Assembly (NCBI GenBank): GCA_002269645.1
Contig: NIVC01004662.1
Coordinates: forward strand, 1-38,869
Source of the DNA: Macrostomum lignano
Lineage: Eukaryota
Direction: 5' to 3'
Length of the DNA: 38,869 nucleotides
Part shown: in pieces, positions 35,798 to 38,869 of the stretch
Position numbering within the stretch: the first letter of the stretch is position 1
Layout of the letters: every line of letters starts with the position of its first letter
Made by a program: the position numbers and the translations under genes
Notes under the pieces: generated by a model
Told to the model about the DNA's origin: nothing
Databases searched by the model: none
Seen by the model: the letters and a program-made list of their open reading frames with translations, nothing else

Positions 35798-36020
35798 TCG
35801 GAAGCGCAGGCGGAGTGGCGCACTGCTGCATTCACGCCAAGCACGCACAATGTGACGCTGCAGAATGCTTTCCTAAACTGTCGCTCAGTCCTAAGTTAGT
35901 CTTCAGCAAACTGCAGCAAGAACTCAGTCGAACTCAAAGCCATTGTTCTCAGAATTTTCAATTGTTATCGCGGACAATGCGACAGATTTAGAAAGCCAGC
36001 TGAGATGAACAGAAAAAAAG

Positions 36021-36026
36021 TTTATT
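36021..36026 (-). terminator. Candidate polyadenylation signal of the glycine-rich gene
   Basis: AATAAA on the minus strand ~300 nt after the stop. Confidence 0.45.
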
Positions 36027-36320
36027 ATTGCCGATAGGCCGAGGTAGTGAGAATTTTATTATCGCTTTTAATAACAGTCATCAAGTAAGCAGCAAAAGTC
36101 AGGGATGTAGAAGCAGCTGAGGTGGCAGGTTGTTGCTGGGCTTCTATTTGGAGCAATGGGCGGCATGGTTATCGCATTTTCGATTTCATGAGAATCAGCA
36201 TGGACAGAAGAGAATTAGGTAATAAAATTTTAGAACGCATTTTGTTTCCAAGAAATGTAAAGCTTCATTTAGCCATGGCCTGCTTGGTTCGGCGAATGCG
36301 AGCAGCCTCGTTCAGGCGGC

Positions 36321-37113
36321 TCACGCGCAGGCGGATGCCGCCCCGATCAGCTGGATGCTGACCCGCCCGGCAGCCTGGCTGTTGCCCCGCCGAGCCCTGC
36401 ACTGCGGTGGCTCCGGAAGCCGCGTAGCTGCCGCCGCCGCCACCACCGACTGCTCCGTTGCCGCTCGTCCGCCACCCGAGTAGCCGCCGCCACCGCCGCC
36501 GCCGCCAGGCTCGTTGCCAGACTTCTTGCCACCCCCGCCGCCTCCACCGAAGCCGCCGGTGCCGGCCTGGGCGGTGCCGACCCCGCCGGTCCAGCCGCCT
36601 GCGCGAGAGACGCCGCCGCCGCCATTGTTGCCTCCGCTCTGCGATCCGCCGTCCGACAGCCAGCCGCGCGCCGCCACCGCCCGAGCCACCGCAGCAAGCC
36701 GCCGAAGCTGCCGGAGCGCCGTTCCCTTCAGCACCGCCGCTGCCGCGGTAGCTGTCCGCCACCGCCGAGGCGCTTCCGTTCTGCCCCACGGCACCCGAAA
36801 CTCCAGCCGACATCTCGGCCGCTCCGCCGCCTCCGCCGGCCGCCAACAGCAGCGCCAGCGACCCAGACTCATAGACATAACTCCCGCCGCGCCCCGCCGG
36901 CTCCGTAGTTGCTGCCAGTCGCGTCGCTGCCAGCCTCACCGACGACCACCGTCAGCTGTGCGCCGCTGAGCACGAAGGTCGCCTCCTTGTGGGCGCCGTT
37001 ACCGCCGGGGTTCGCGCCGGAGTTCGAGCCGCCCCGGGCGCCCCACGCTCGGATTCGGTAGCAGGCGCCGGGCACGGGCGGCGAGTAGCTCTGGGGAGAC
37101 GAGCTGCCTGCGG
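36321..37113 (-). CDS. Secreted glycine-rich protein, exon 2: ALK/LTK-type glycine-rich domain; ~4 frameshifts
   Basis: Acceptor CAAACAG|CC (phase 1). Reads SPQSYSPPVPGACYRIRAWGARGG...GAHKEATFVLSGAQLTVVVGEAG...GGGGGSYVY...LLLAAGGGGG...GFGGGGGG...GGGGGGYSGG...GGGGGSY...GRVSIQLI, ending at TGA 36323-36321. Confidence 0.8.
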
Positions 37114-37208
37114 CTGTTTGAGGACGTTGGAGAAGCGCGGAGTGGCTAACGAATTTGAGACCTTTGCGAATTTGAGAATTTCAATGGGCAGAAAAGTGCG
37201 CAGCTTAC

Positions 37209-37844
37209 AGAAGTTGCGGTAGGCCGCCTCTGGTGCGACGGTGGAAATTTGAGCATCTAATGTCGTTGTTGGAGTTGTGGTGGTCGTTGTCGGAGTTGTG
37301 GTGGTTGTTGTCGGAGTTGTGGTGGTCGTTGTCGGAGTTGTGGTGGTTGTTGTCGGAGTTGTGGTGGTTGTTGTCGGAGTTGTGGTGGTCGTTGTCGGAG
37401 TTGTGGTGGTTGTTGTCGGAGTTGTGGTGGACGTTGTAGGAGTTGTGGTGGTCGTTGTCGAGTAGTCTCAGCCGCGTCTTCCGGGCAGCCGGGCCGATCC
37501 GCCGCCACCCAGGTGCTGCAGTCGCCGCCACCAGATGCAGTCCAGAGGCTGCGCAGGTCGCAGGCGGTGCCCATTCGGCACACGGAGGCTCCGCTGTCAA
37601 ACTCGGCGACCCCGCAGGCGGCTTCGACGCCGCAGAGGAGGGCGCAGGCGGCCGCGCTGACGGCCTGCCTGGCCGGGAGGTGGGCGGCCGAGGCGTTCGA
37701 GCAGCAGAGACCGCGGCCGGCAGCAGCCGCAGTCGAGTGGCACTGCAGCTGGGCTGGGCCGATGAGGCCGGGTGGAGGCTGGGCTGCAGGCAGCAGCAGC
37801 AGCAGCAGCAGCAGCAGTGGTTGGAACAGGAGCTGGAGGCTCAT
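37209..37844 (-). CDS. Secreted glycine-rich protein, exon 1: signal peptide, PAN/apple-like Cys domain, Thr/Pro stalk; one frameshift near 37461
   Basis: MSLQLLFQPLLLLLLLLLPAA; SAAACALLCGVEAACGVAEFDSGASVC (C-x3-C-x5-C...C); 21-bp repeats giving (TTTTTTP)n. Donor TTCT|GTAAG at 37208 and a 95-bp intron. Confidence 0.78.
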
Positions 37845-38869
37845 CTTGTTGTCCGATGGGGATCGCTCTCAACAAGCCTCAGTAACAGGAGGCCTATCAT
37901 ATGTCTATACATGCGAGGGGTCAGTGCGAGCCCTCATGGAGCGCGATTGGCTCAGGCAGGCCCAGTTGTGCAAAATCCAGTCAATTAAATGAGTCCAGGT
38001 GGCATCTCCAACTCTCTCCCCCCTCTACTTCCTTTTCTATCGCATTCTATATTTGTCCCTTAATTAGCTTGCAGTATCTGCATGGCCAATTGCCCAGAAA
38101 AGCAGAGCTGCATGTTAGCTTGAAAAAGAAACATTATGCAAACAAAGAGCTCAGCCATCGCAAATTAACTTACTATCATGCTTGCATGCTCCGTAAATTA
38201 AATCATAACCATTGGTGCCCTGTGCACAGTTTGTCACACCCTGCAGTTCTCAGTTGTCCCGCGAGCCCGTGCTCTGCGAAGCATTGTTTCCAAGCATTTG
38301 ATCCCTGTGGAAACTCTGTCAGGGAATTCCACTTTCTAAATATAGGCTGCTGAGACTCTTCACGTTCATCAGCATTAATAACTCGTGATAATAATTGCTG
38401 AGACTGAGATGCAATGACAAAACTGCAGATCAATTGCCTATTGAGCTTTGCCAGCTATATACTCATTTACTATATACGCATATGGTTTATGGTCTAATGG
38501 TCTATTGTTATACTGTATACACAAATTCAGTAATTAATGTGATTATTAGTGGAATACATGTATTTACGCAATATTGAATGTTCCGAATCTTTGATTATTA
38601 GCAGCAGCAGCCGTCAGAGCGTAATTAGTGATTAGAGAATCAAGCTAAATCAGTCGAAAAATCCTTTCGCCTTTCTTCTCTCCAATCAATCAACACAGTC
38701 CTCAGTCTTGTATGTGGGCCAGATAAATCAGTCCATGGGGGTGATACCTTATACTCGTACTTATACCAGTGGGGGTCAAGGGGGCTTGACATTAAGAACG
38801 TTAAGACAATTTTTTAAAATGATTTGATGTCTATGGTCAATAGCAGAATTTCTATACCATTATATTCTG

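Noticed and set aside
37233-37465. Plus-strand poly-Val/Gly and SELWWLL ORFs, and minus-strand QQPPQLR / HHNSDN frames
   Set aside because: These are alternative frames of the 21-bp repeat. Only the Thr/Pro frame connects to the downstream GTAAG donor and the glycine-rich exon.

Overview
Eukaryotic (invertebrate animal-type) genomic DNA. The GC-rich exons and minisatellite-packed introns would fit a flatworm such as Macrostomum, but that is inference only. The left ~24 kb is a nest of transposons. It holds a decayed Ty3/gypsy LTR retrotransposon (window start-9761, +) with a cryptic extra ORF split by a hAT MITE, and a second copy of that MITE. It also holds a second hAT-type element with a nested MITE, a young near-intact Mag-type gypsy element (11288-15746, -; 246-bp LTRs, TCTAC TSD), a foldback-like element with inverted 12-mer arrays and a 9-bp TSD, a LINE remnant and CT-rich DNA. 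The right ~14 kb has two convergent host genes separated by a ~925-bp (GACA)n tract. One is a four-exon SARA/endofin (ZFYVE9/16) homologue (+, 26303-33756). The other is a two-exon secreted protein (-, 37844-36321) with signal peptide, PAN/apple-like Cys domain, Thr/Pro stalk and an ALK/LTK-type glycine-rich domain. Both genes carry several small frameshifts in GC-rich exons that look like assembly indels. All coordinates and counts were read by eye.
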